Assembly (NCBI GenBank): GCA_029262355.1 | Contig: JAJCZO010000297.1 | Span: 21,055-85,054 of the forward strand | DNA: 64,000 bases | Source: Deltaproteobacteria bacterium | GTDB taxonomy: Bacteria > Desulfobacterota > Binatia > UBA12015 | Reading direction: 5' to 3' | Shown: positions 56,749-64,000 of the stretch, one piece after another | Numbering within the stretch: position 1 is the first letter of the stretch | Layout of the letters: every line of letters begins with the position of its first letter | The notes under the pieces: generated by a model | The model's database searches: none | What the model was told of the DNA's origin: nothing | Seen by the model: the letters and a program-made list of their open reading frames with translations, nothing else | Position numbers and translations under genes: made by a program

Positions 56749-58824
56749 TCAATTCCACATCCCGCGCAACCGCGCGCCGACGTCGATGCGCGTCGGTTCA
56801 TCGCCCACCGCGGGGTCGTCATCGACCGCCGGCCCGGCGACCCGTCGCTCGAAATGGTCGAGAATGCCGTCAGGCAGGAAACGTGACCGCGGCGCATAGA
56901 GGTGGCGATCGCCGTCCCTCGGTTGATGGTGCACGTAAAAGCGCATCGGGTTCAGCAGGTGGAGGTGGTTCCGAGCCCGGGTCATCGCGACATAGAGGAG
57001 GCGGCGTTCTTCCTCGATTTCTTCCGGGCGGCTGCATGCCATGTCGGAGGGGATGCAGCCGTCGACGACGTTCAGAACGTGGACGACGTCCCACTCCTGT
57101 CCTTTCGCCGAGTGGATCGTCGATAGGATGAGGTAGTCCTCGTCGAGGTGGGGCGGGCCGGCCTCCGCGCCGGTCGCGACGGGGGGATCGAGCGTCAGTT
57201 CGCTCAGGAAGCGTTCGCGGCTCGGTTGGGCTGCCGCCAACTCTTCGAGGTGGATGAGGTCGCCCATTCGGAGATGTGCGTCGTCGTGCAATCGCGCGAG
57301 ATGCGGTTCGTACCAGAGGCGCGCGAGCTCGACCTGCCCCGGCCATGGCGTCTGCCCATCACGAAGCCGCTCGTAGAGCGCACAGACGCCGGGCCAGCTC
57401 TCCCGCGCGGCGGTTGGCATGTCGAGCTTGCGAAGGGCTGCGAGCTGGTAGCGCTCTCCCTCCAGTGTGCGAAGCGCGCGTCGCGCATTCGCGGGTCCCA
57501 CGCCCGGCAGAAGCTGCATGGTTCGGAAGCCTGCGATCGCGTCGCGCGGGTTCTCTGCCCAGCGCAGCACGCAGATTAGATCCTTCACGTGCGCTGCTTC
57601 GAGAAACCGCAGACCGCCGAACTTCACGAATGGAATCTCGCGCCGGGTGAGCTCGAGTTCGAGTTGTGCACTGTGGTGAGACGTTCGAAACAGGACGGCT
57701 TGCTGCTTCAAATCGAGCCCAGCCTCGCGACTCGTGAGGACCTGCTCGACGACGTAGTCGGCTTGTGCCGATTCGTCTTCAACGAGCACGAGGTATGGTT
57801 TTTCCTCGGAAGGTCGGCGCGAGAACAGCTTCTTCTCGAAGCGTTCCGACGACAGCGCGATCACGGCGTTGCTCGCGTCGAGGATTGGTTGGGTCGACCG
57901 GTAGTTCTGCTCGAGGGTGACGACTCTTGCCGGCGGCTCGAACTGCGTTGGGAAATCCAGGATGTTGCGGACGCTGGCCGCACGGAAGGCGTAGATCGAT
58001 TGCGCTTCGTCTCCGACGACGGTGAGACCATTGCCCGATGGACGCATGCCCACGAGAATCCTGGCTTGTAGCGCGTTTGTGTCCTGGTACTCGTCCACCA
58101 GCACGTGGTCGAAGCGCTGGCCGACGCGCCTTGCGAGGGCGGGCTCGGCCATCAGGTGCGCCCAGTAGAGCAGGAGGTCGTCGTAGTCGAGAACGTTGGT
58201 GCGTTGCTTGGCGTCGACGTAGGAGCCGAAGAGCGTGCGGAGTTCCTTCTCCCAGCGGTCGCACCAGGGGAAGGCGTTCTTCAGCGTCTCGGCGAGTGAC
58301 TTCTGAGAGTTCACCGTGTGCGAGTATATGGCCAGACAGGTGGACTTTCGGGGGAAGCGCCGCTTGCGCTCGGCGAGGCCTCGGTGTTCCCGCTCGAGGT
58401 CCATGAGATCGGCCGCGTCCGATGCGTCGAGGACGGTGAACGACGGGTCGAGGCCGATCGACTCGGCGTGGAGTCGCAGAAGCCGGTTCGCAATGCCGTG
58501 GAAGGTTCCGGCCCACCCAACCCGACCGGCGGGCGTGTGGCGGAGCTTCCGGCTGGCGACGATGCGCTCCACGCGTCGGTTCATCTCTTGGGCTGCGCGC
58601 CGCGTGAACGTGAGCAGCAGGATGCGTCGCGGGTCGGCTCCGCTCTCCACGAGCCGGGCGACTCGGTGAGCGAGGGTGTTCGTCTTGCCCGATCCGGCGC
58701 CCGCGATCACGAGGAGGGCCGAAGCCGCTCCGCCGCCGGTTCCGATGCCGTGCTCGACGGCCCGGCGTTGCGCGGGGTTCAGCCCGTCGCGATCCTCGGA
58801 TTCTTGCTCTGCCTTCGCCCCCAT
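56749..58824 (-). CDS. UvrD/PcrA-family ATP-dependent DNA helicase
   Basis: Walker A AGAGSGKTNTL, then motifs II and III (VLVDEYQDTN), and a C-terminal 2B domain. Start at ATG 58824; an upstream in-frame ATG at 58929 is possible. Confidence 0.85.
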   Translation of the reverse strand: MGAKAEQESEDRDGLNPAQRRAVEHGIGTGGGAASALLVIAGAGSGKTNTLAHRVARLVESGADPRRILLLTFTRRAAQEMNRRVERIVASRKLRHTPAGRVGWAGTFHGIANRLLRLHAESIGLDPSFTVLDASDAADLMDLEREHRGLAERKRRFPRKSTCLAIYSHTVNSQKSLAETLKNAFPWCDRWEKELRTLFGSYVDAKQRTNVLDYDDLLLYWAHLMAEPALARRVGQRFDHVLVDEYQDTNALQARILVGMRPSGNGLTVVGDEAQSIYAFRAASVRNILDFPTQFEPPARVVTLEQNYRSTQPILDASNAVIALSSERFEKKLFSRRPSEEKPYLVLVEDESAQADYVVEQVLTSREAGLDLKQQAVLFRTSHHSAQLELELTRREIPFVKFGGLRFLEAAHVKDLICVLRWAENPRDAIAGFRTMQLLPGVGPANARRALRTLEGERYQLAALRKLDMPTAARESWPGVCALYERLRDGQTPWPGQVELARLWYEPHLARLHDDAHLRMGDLIHLEELAAAQPSRERFLSELTLDPPVATGAEAGPPHLDEDYLILSTIHSAKGQEWDVVHVLNVVDGCIPSDMACSRPEEIEEERRLLYVAMTRARNHLHLLNPMRFYVHHQPRDGDRHLYAPRSRFLPDGILDHFERRVAGPAVDDDPAVGDEPTRIDVGARLRGMWN

Positions 58825-59111
58825 CGCCTCGCTCGGACCGTCGAGCTTGGGCGAAAAAAAGGCGAAGCGCAAGGGCCTCCGTGCCGGAATGTCCCGGTCG
58901 GATGGTCTCGTCAGAGCACTCTTGGGCACCGTTTTCTCGCGGCGGAACGCTCCGACGATCTTCGTCGCCGGGACAAGCGAGAGGAGCCCACGGCCGGGAA
59001 CGAGAACTCGTCAGAGGTCGTCCCTCCTGGCCGGCGTGACGGGCGTCGTTGTTGCGGCCCGTGAAGAACCATGGCCGGCCCCGTCGACCTGGCTCTGGTA
59101 GACTCTTCTTC

Positions 59112-59990
59112 ATGGCCGCGACGCTCGGTGTCTGGTTCGCGCCGGAGGCAATTGCCAGTCCGGATTTGGTGAGGAACACGCAGCTCATGGAGGAGCTCGG
59201 CTACGAGACCTTCTGGCTCGCCGAGACGTTCGGTCGAGATCCGTTCGCACTCGCGGCGAACCTCGGGGCGCACACGACGAAGATCAAGCTGGCGACGGGA
59301 ATCGCGAACGTTTTCCACCGCCATCCGGGCGCGATGAAGCAGGCCGCGAACACTCTCGGTGAGCAGACCGGGGGTCGGTTCATCCTCGGGCTCGGAATTT
59401 CGAGCCCAGCCATCGTGCAGAAGATCCGCAAGCTCGATTACTCCAAGCCGGTCACCTTCTTGCGAAACTACCTCGATGAGTACGAGGCGGCGAAGTACTT
59501 CGCGGTTCCGCCACCGGACGCGGTGCCGGTGGTCCTCGCGGCGCTTGGACCAAAGATGCTGCAGATCGCCAGGGAGCGTTCGGCCGGTGCGATCACGTAC
59601 AACATGACCCCCGAGCACACGGCCATCGCGCGGGAGGCACTTGGCCCCGATCGCGTCCTTGCGGTCGAGCAGAAGGTGATTTTGGGTGGTTCGCCGGCTG
59701 CGGCACGGACTACGGCCGCCAGTGTGTTGAAGTTCTACGTGCGGGCGCCCGGCTATCGGCGGGCGTGGAACAGCCTGGGCTACAGCGACGCCGACATCGA
59801 TGACGCGTCCCCGCGGTTCGTCGACGGCGTCGTGGCGTGCGGGAACGAAGCCGCGATTCGCGAGCGCATCGACGCCCACATCGCGGCGGGCGCCGACCAC
59901 GTTTGCATCCAACCGCTTCACCCGGAGGCTGGAATCGGCAGGATCGACACGGATGCCCTGCGGACATTCGCGCCGGGATCGTCGAGCTGA
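59112..59990 (+). CDS. LLM class F420-dependent oxidoreductase
   Basis: ATG 59112 (MAATLGVWFAPEA), 292 aa, with a luciferase-like TIM barrel and an FRLGLGISSP-like block (FILGLGISSPAIVQK). Confidence 0.8.
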   Translation: MAATLGVWFAPEAIASPDLVRNTQLMEELGYETFWLAETFGRDPFALAANLGAHTTKIKLATGIANVFHRHPGAMKQAANTLGEQTGGRFILGLGISSPAIVQKIRKLDYSKPVTFLRNYLDEYEAAKYFAVPPPDAVPVVLAALGPKMLQIARERSAGAITYNMTPEHTAIAREALGPDRVLAVEQKVILGGSPAAARTTAASVLKFYVRAPGYRRAWNSLGYSDADIDDASPRFVDGVVACGNEAAIRERIDAHIAAGADHVCIQPLHPEAGIGRIDTDALRTFAPGSSS

Positions 59991-59995
59991 GCGAT

Positions 59996-60493
59996 ATGGC
60001 TGCCGCGATTCGAGTGCAGTTCATCCACGGTCTCGCGGGGACGCCGCAAGGTGCGAAGGCGAAGCTCTTCTCCGATCACTTCACGGCATCGACGCCGGCA
60101 ATGAACACGAAGGACTTTGATTCCTGCATTGCCGTACATGAGGCCGAGATCGCAGCGTTCCGCCCCGATGTGCTGGTGGGGTCTTCGTTTGGCGGCGCCG
60201 TGGCGGTCGAGTTGCTGCATCGCGGTGCCTGGACCGGGCCGACCCTCTTGCTCGCCCAAGCCGCCGTTCACAGAGGTGCGCGGACCACGCTGCCGAACGA
60301 CCGGGTCGTCTGGGTCGTTCACGGCACCGGCGACGAAGTCGTCGACATCAACGATAGCCGACGGCTCGCGCAGACAGGATCGCCGAAGCTCGTGCGGCTG
60401 ATTGAAGTCGACGACGACCATTCACTGCACGCGATGGTCGCCGATGGGCGGTTGGTCGATCTCGTTCGGGACATCGCGACGGTGGCACCGTGA
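59996..60493 (+). CDS. Small alpha/beta hydrolase (YqiA/UPF0227-like esterase)
   Basis: 165 aa with a GSSFGG nucleophile elbow, and Asp/His in VVHGTGDEVVD and DDHSLHAM. Its stop overlaps the next gene's start (GTGA). Confidence 0.6.
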   Translation: MAAAIRVQFIHGLAGTPQGAKAKLFSDHFTASTPAMNTKDFDSCIAVHEAEIAAFRPDVLVGSSFGGAVAVELLHRGAWTGPTLLLAQAAVHRGARTTLPNDRVVWVVHGTGDEVVDINDSRRLAQTGSPKLVRLIEVDDDHSLHAMVADGRLVDLVRDIATVAP

Positions 60494-61521
60494 AGGCTTC
60501 GGTCGCCGGGTACCGCAACTTCCCGGGCGAGCACTGTGGCAGCGTTTCGATGCGGGGCCTGCTGCGCCACTACTGTGATCTCGAGCTTCCCGAGGCTGCT
60601 GTGTTCGGCCTCGGCTCGGGTATCGCCTGCGTCTATATGACCGGCCCCGGCATGGATCCGTCGCACCTGGTGTTCGGGCGCACGATTCGGATGGAGGCGG
60701 ACCTCGCCGAGAACCTGCAGGTCGACTACCGCGAAGAGACGGAAGACGACGATGACGTGGCTTGGCAGAAGGTGCGGGAGGAGGTCGTGGCGGGCCGCCC
60801 CACGATGCTCTCGGGCGACATCCTCTATTTGGACTATCGAGAGTACAAGGTGCATTTTCCGGGGCATCGATTCGTCCTCCTCGGATTCGATGATGAGACC
60901 GAGAAGGTCGAGATCGCCGACCGCATCAACGTGGCGCCAGAGCTCTGCTCGTACGGAGCGTTGCGCAACAGCCGGAATCCGCCGGAGGGAATGTCCACGA
61001 AAAACCTCTGGGGAAAATTTCACAGCTCGGACGTCGGCCGCACTCTCGTCGATGCCGCCCGTGTCGCGATCGAGCGCAGCGTCGCGAGCATGCTGGGCAC
61101 GAGTGTGGTCGCGCGGGACGAGATCGTGGGCGAAGCCGCGATGACCACCGGGGTTGCGGGGATTCGACGCATGGCCACCGAGATCCCGGTCTGGGCCGCG
61201 CGCGAAGACGCGGCGTGGATCGCGTCCTACAATGCGCGTTGCATCGAGAAGTTCGGAAATGGTGGGGGTAACTTCCGGCGTTTGTATGCGGGCTTCCTCG
61301 ATTGGGCGCACGCGTTGGATGCGACGCTTGCCCCGGCCGATGCTGCCCGCCAGATTCGGGATGCGGCCGACGGCTGGACGGCGTTGTCCGAGACGCTGAA
61401 CGCCGCGTCGAAGAGCGTCGCGGATCGCGATCTGTGGACGCGGGCCGGGGCCCAGGCGACCGACATTGCCAACCGAGAAGAGTCCCTCTTTCGGCTTCTG
61501 CGCGACGAGCCTCGGCACTGA
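60490..61521 (+). CDS. BtrH-N-like (papain-fold) / DUF4872-like protein
   Basis: N-terminus YRNFPGEHCGSVSMRGLLRHY has a Cys in a BtrH_N-like context, then a helical C-terminal domain. 343 aa. Confidence 0.5.
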   Translation: MKASVAGYRNFPGEHCGSVSMRGLLRHYCDLELPEAAVFGLGSGIACVYMTGPGMDPSHLVFGRTIRMEADLAENLQVDYREETEDDDDVAWQKVREEVVAGRPTMLSGDILYLDYREYKVHFPGHRFVLLGFDDETEKVEIADRINVAPELCSYGALRNSRNPPEGMSTKNLWGKFHSSDVGRTLVDAARVAIERSVASMLGTSVVARDEIVGEAAMTTGVAGIRRMATEIPVWAAREDAAWIASYNARCIEKFGNGGGNFRRLYAGFLDWAHALDATLAPADAARQIRDAADGWTALSETLNAASKSVADRDLWTRAGAQATDIANREESLFRLLRDEPRH

Positions 61522-61551
61522 TCGAACCGGCGCGACATCAATCCGAGCGTG

Positions 61552-63222
61552 TCAGAACACCGACGCGGACAAGGCGGTGTCCGCGCGGGCCCAGCTCTCT
61601 CTTGCTTGCTGGTCGACGACCTCCGCTTGCGCGGTCTTTCCTTGGGCGCGCAGGCTCTGGGCGAGACCGAACAGCGTCCATCCGCTTCGAGGGGTGTGCT
61701 TCAATTGCTCGCGGTAGGAGCGCTCGGCATCGGCAGGCTTGCCCGCTCGGAGTTGCGCGCGGCCGAGCGCGTCGCGCACCGGTAGGTACCACGGAGGTGG
61801 TTCCGTGTACGTGAGCTCGTCTTGTAGCTTGGCTGCGCGCGTGAGCGCGGCAATCGCGCGTGCGTGGTCTCCCTCGGCCGATGCGATCTCGCCGTCCAGG
61901 ATGGCCGCCGCGACGGCGAGAAGGTCGGCGCCACTGGAGCCGACCGAGACCATCGCGAGCTGCTTCATGTCGTCACCAGTCGCGATCGCGTCGAGCTGCG
62001 CTTGCTCGCGCTTCGCTCCCTGGATGTCGCCGCTGGTGGCCAGGGCAATGCCGCGCGCATAGTGTCGATTGGCATTCGCGTACCGGAAGTCTGGTGCGAA
62101 AGCCGGCGTCGCGAGCACGTCGTTCCATTGGCCAAAGCGCAGCTGCGTTTGCAGTACGATCGGCATGAACTCTTCCAAGAACGGAAACTCGCGCACGTTG
62201 CTGTCGGGCATGAACCCCCGCATCTTCTTCGCCGTTTCGAGGGCGAACGCGCTCCTTCCCTGGAAGGTCGCCGCCGACCACAGGAAGTGAACGTTATGGG
62301 GGTAGTACAGCGCGGGATAGAAGCCCTGCGCGAGGCATTGGGAAATATAGCTCTCGTCGGCCTCGGCCGCTTCCTGATTTACGACGGCGGCATCATTGTA
62401 CCGCCCGACGCGCAGGTAGATGTGCGACGGCATGTGGACGAGGTGTCCGGCGCCCGGCACGGTGCCGCGTAGCTGGTCGGCGGCCACCTCGGCCTTCTGC
62501 GGGTCTTCCGCTTCGACGATGTGGATGTACAGATGGGTCGCGCCGGGATGGGAGGGGGCTGATGTCATCACTCTTTCGAGCGTAGCGATCGTTTCGGTGG
62601 TTGCTGGCTTGGGCGCGCCATCGCTCGCGTAGTAGTCCCACGGCATCGTATCCATCAGTGATTCGGCGAAGAAGGTTTGGATGTCGACGTCATCCGGATG
62701 GTTCTTGGCGACGGTGCGCATGGCGTTGGCGTACGCGGCATCGAGTGTGGCGCGATCTTCCTTTGGGTCGCCCGTGTAACGCGTGGTCAGCGCGGCGAGC
62801 AGAGCCTGCTCTTTGGTCGTGCCGTGTGCCTTCGCGACACGCAGCCCCTGCTCGGCCGCCTCGTGTGCGCGAGGGGCGTCACTCGGCTCCATCGGTTTGT
62901 TGATGTTCGCGCCGAGTACGTACGCCTCGCCCCAGAAGCACATGGCGCAGTTGGGATCGAGCCGTTGTGCCTCCTGGTAGGAGCGCGCGGCTTCGGCGTG
63001 ATTGAAGCCGTAGCTGAGGATCAATCCCTGGTCGAAGTATCGCTGTGCCTGCTTCGATGACGTCGAGACCGCGTAGCCGTGGTCGCCGAGGTCGTTGAAG
63101 AGAGGCGCGGTGGCGCCTTCCGGCATGACCCGGCGCGGCTCTGCGTCGGGCGCGGACTTCCGAGCGGCGCACGCCACGAGCAGCGAACAGCAAAGAACCG
63201 ATACGACGTGTCCTGATTTCAT
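61552..63222 (-). CDS. Tetratricopeptide-repeat lipoprotein
   Basis: Lipobox VLCCSLLVAC, with multiple TPR-like helical repeats (AEAARSYQEAQRLDPNCAMCFWGEAYVL...). Confidence 0.7.
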   Translation of the reverse strand: MKSGHVVSVLCCSLLVACAARKSAPDAEPRRVMPEGATAPLFNDLGDHGYAVSTSSKQAQRYFDQGLILSYGFNHAEAARSYQEAQRLDPNCAMCFWGEAYVLGANINKPMEPSDAPRAHEAAEQGLRVAKAHGTTKEQALLAALTTRYTGDPKEDRATLDAAYANAMRTVAKNHPDDVDIQTFFAESLMDTMPWDYYASDGAPKPATTETIATLERVMTSAPSHPGATHLYIHIVEAEDPQKAEVAADQLRGTVPGAGHLVHMPSHIYLRVGRYNDAAVVNQEAAEADESYISQCLAQGFYPALYYPHNVHFLWSAATFQGRSAFALETAKKMRGFMPDSNVREFPFLEEFMPIVLQTQLRFGQWNDVLATPAFAPDFRYANANRHYARGIALATSGDIQGAKREQAQLDAIATGDDMKQLAMVSVGSSGADLLAVAAAILDGEIASAEGDHARAIAALTRAAKLQDELTYTEPPPWYLPVRDALGRAQLRAGKPADAERSYREQLKHTPRSGWTLFGLAQSLRAQGKTAQAEVVDQQARESWARADTALSASVF

Positions 63223-63243
63223 GTCCCCTCCGGGGTTTCCTGG

Positions 63244-64000
63244 TCAGGGAGCGCCCTCGAGCGCTCCGTAGCTCAGCGCGTCCCGCACGGCACGAAAGAT
63301 CTCCTGTTCGTCGCTCGCGCGCAAGAGTGCGGCGCGGGGCTCCTCGCGATCCAGGCCGCGGGCGATCGCGGAGAGAATCTCGAGCTGAACGCCGGTGTCG
63401 GCCGCCGGAGTCAGGATGAGAAAAACGAAGTGTACCGGACGGTTGTCGATCGCGTTCCAGTCGAGGCCCTCGAGGTGACGCCCGAATACGATCGTTGGGC
63501 GTGACAGGCCTTCGAATCGCGCGTGTGGGACGGCGACTTGTCCGCCGACGCCGGTGTCCATCGTGTCCTCCCGCGCGCGAACGGCGTCCCGAACGATGTC
63601 GTCGCGCAGGCCGGCAAGTCGCGCGGCGCGGGCCGAGAGGATATCGATTGCCGAGAACCGATCAGCAACCTCGAGCCCGCCGACGATCCCGTCGGCCGTG
63701 AGGAAATCCGCGACGGTTCCGGTTTCTCGCCGGCGCAGCGCCCAGGCGAGCGCGGGGCCGACGACGATCGACGAGGCGATCGAGGCAAAGACGATCGCCA
63801 CGAACATCTTCGGACCGATCACTTCTTGTTCTCGTGCCACCGCGGCGAGGAGGACTCCCATCGACCCGCCCGGGACGTGCGCGATTGCGATCGGCACACG
63901 GTCCAGAGCAGGCACGCGGCTCAGTAAGGTCCCCAGCCAGGCGCCACCGTACTTTCCGACGACCGACAGAGCGGTGATCGATACGACGAGACTCGGAACG
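63244..64000 (-). CDS. Cation/proton antiporter-like membrane protein with C-terminal PTS EIIA-type-2 domain; 5' part beyond window end
   Basis: The minus-strand frame is open to the window edge (…VPSLVVSITALSVVGKYGGAWLGTLLSRVPALDRVPIAIAHVPGGSMGVLLAAV…). The C-terminal VHFVFLILTPAADTGVQLEILSAIARGL block is typical of PTS_EIIA_2 regulatory domains. Confidence 0.55.
   Translation of the reverse strand, partial: VPSLVVSITALSVVGKYGGAWLGTLLSRVPALDRVPIAIAHVPGGSMGVLLAAVAREQEVIGPKMFVAIVFASIASSIVVGPALAWALRRRETGTVADFLTADGIVGGLEVADRFSAIDILSARAARLAGLRDDIVRDAVRAREDTMDTGVGGQVAVPHARFEGLSRPTIVFGRHLEGLDWNAIDNRPVHFVFLILTPAADTGVQLEILSAIARGLDREEPRAALLRASDEQEIFRAVRDALSYGALEGAP

Noticed and set aside
56749-58929. 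UvrD helicase as part of a defence island
   Set aside because: The neighbours are a cytochrome c peroxidase and an LLM oxidoreductase. No nuclease, methyltransferase, ATPase partner or toxin-like gene is adjacent, so it is most likely a housekeeping or repair helicase.

Overview
This is a 64-kb, roughly 68% GC, gene-dense stretch of bacterial chromosome. The gene content points to a Gram-negative, probably Myxococcota-like organism. Supporting signs are Sec/lipoprotein lipoboxes, a TolC-MFP-RND efflux system, an ELWxxDG-repeat protein, a Hanks-type Ser/Thr kinase, a perfect sigma-54 promoter, and F420-type LLM oxidoreductases. No rRNA, tRNA, CRISPR array or transposase/integrase was found. 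Most long ORFs in the track are high-GC antisense artefacts or carry spurious N-terminal extensions, and I re-trimmed the starts to internal ATG/GTG codons. Contents in order, with strand in parentheses:
- A partial LLM/F420 oxidoreductase (minus) and an NTF2-like protein.
- A five-gene plus-strand operon: acyl-CoA ligase, two MaoC hot-dog proteins, an Ltp2-like thiolase-fold protein and a stand-alone DUF35 protein. This is the hydratase/retro-aldolase side-chain-cleavage module known from steroid and bile-acid catabolism.
- An MDR oxidoreductase, then a secreted sulfatase-like enzyme lacking the FGly motif.
- A five-gene minus-strand operon of SGNH hydrolase, canonical sulfatase, FGGY kinase, sphingosine-1-phosphate-lyase-like PLP enzyme and MBL hydrolase.
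- A small Cys/His-rich secreted protein followed by a CusC/B/A-type heavy-metal RND efflux operon.
- A lipoprotein, an LLM/F420 oxidoreductase, and a 926-aa secreted tandem-repeat protein.
- A minus-strand operon of methylmalonyl-CoA mutase, MeaB and an FAH-family hydrolase.
- An NTF2/LEH-like protein and a histidine phosphatase.
- A 30-bp tandem repeat, then a frameshifted ELWxxDG-repeat/Cys-rich pseudogene.
- Two divergent paralogous large polytopic membrane proteins.
- A second no-FGly sulfatase-like enzyme coupled to a canonical sulfatase.
- A ferredoxin-like ORF with sucD and sucC homologues.
- A sigma-54 promoter driving a 40-codon hydrophobic ORF.
- A DUF4838-like putative glycoside hydrolase.
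- Two divergent CitE/malyl-CoA-lyase-like genes, a GST and a type-II glutamine synthetase.
- A catalytic-domain-only Ser/Thr kinase and an amidohydrolase lipoprotein.
- An NTF2-like protein, a serine hydrolase, a beta-propeller/di-haem cytochrome c peroxidase, a UvrD helicase and an LLM oxidoreductase.
- A small alpha/beta hydrolase coupled to a BtrH-N/DUF4872-like protein, a TPR lipoprotein, and a partial antiporter with a PTS-EIIA tail.
The best candidates for undescribed biology are the sulfatase-kinase-SPL-like operon, the two threonine-variant sulfatase-like paralogues beside paired membrane proteins, and the sigma-54-driven micro-ORF.
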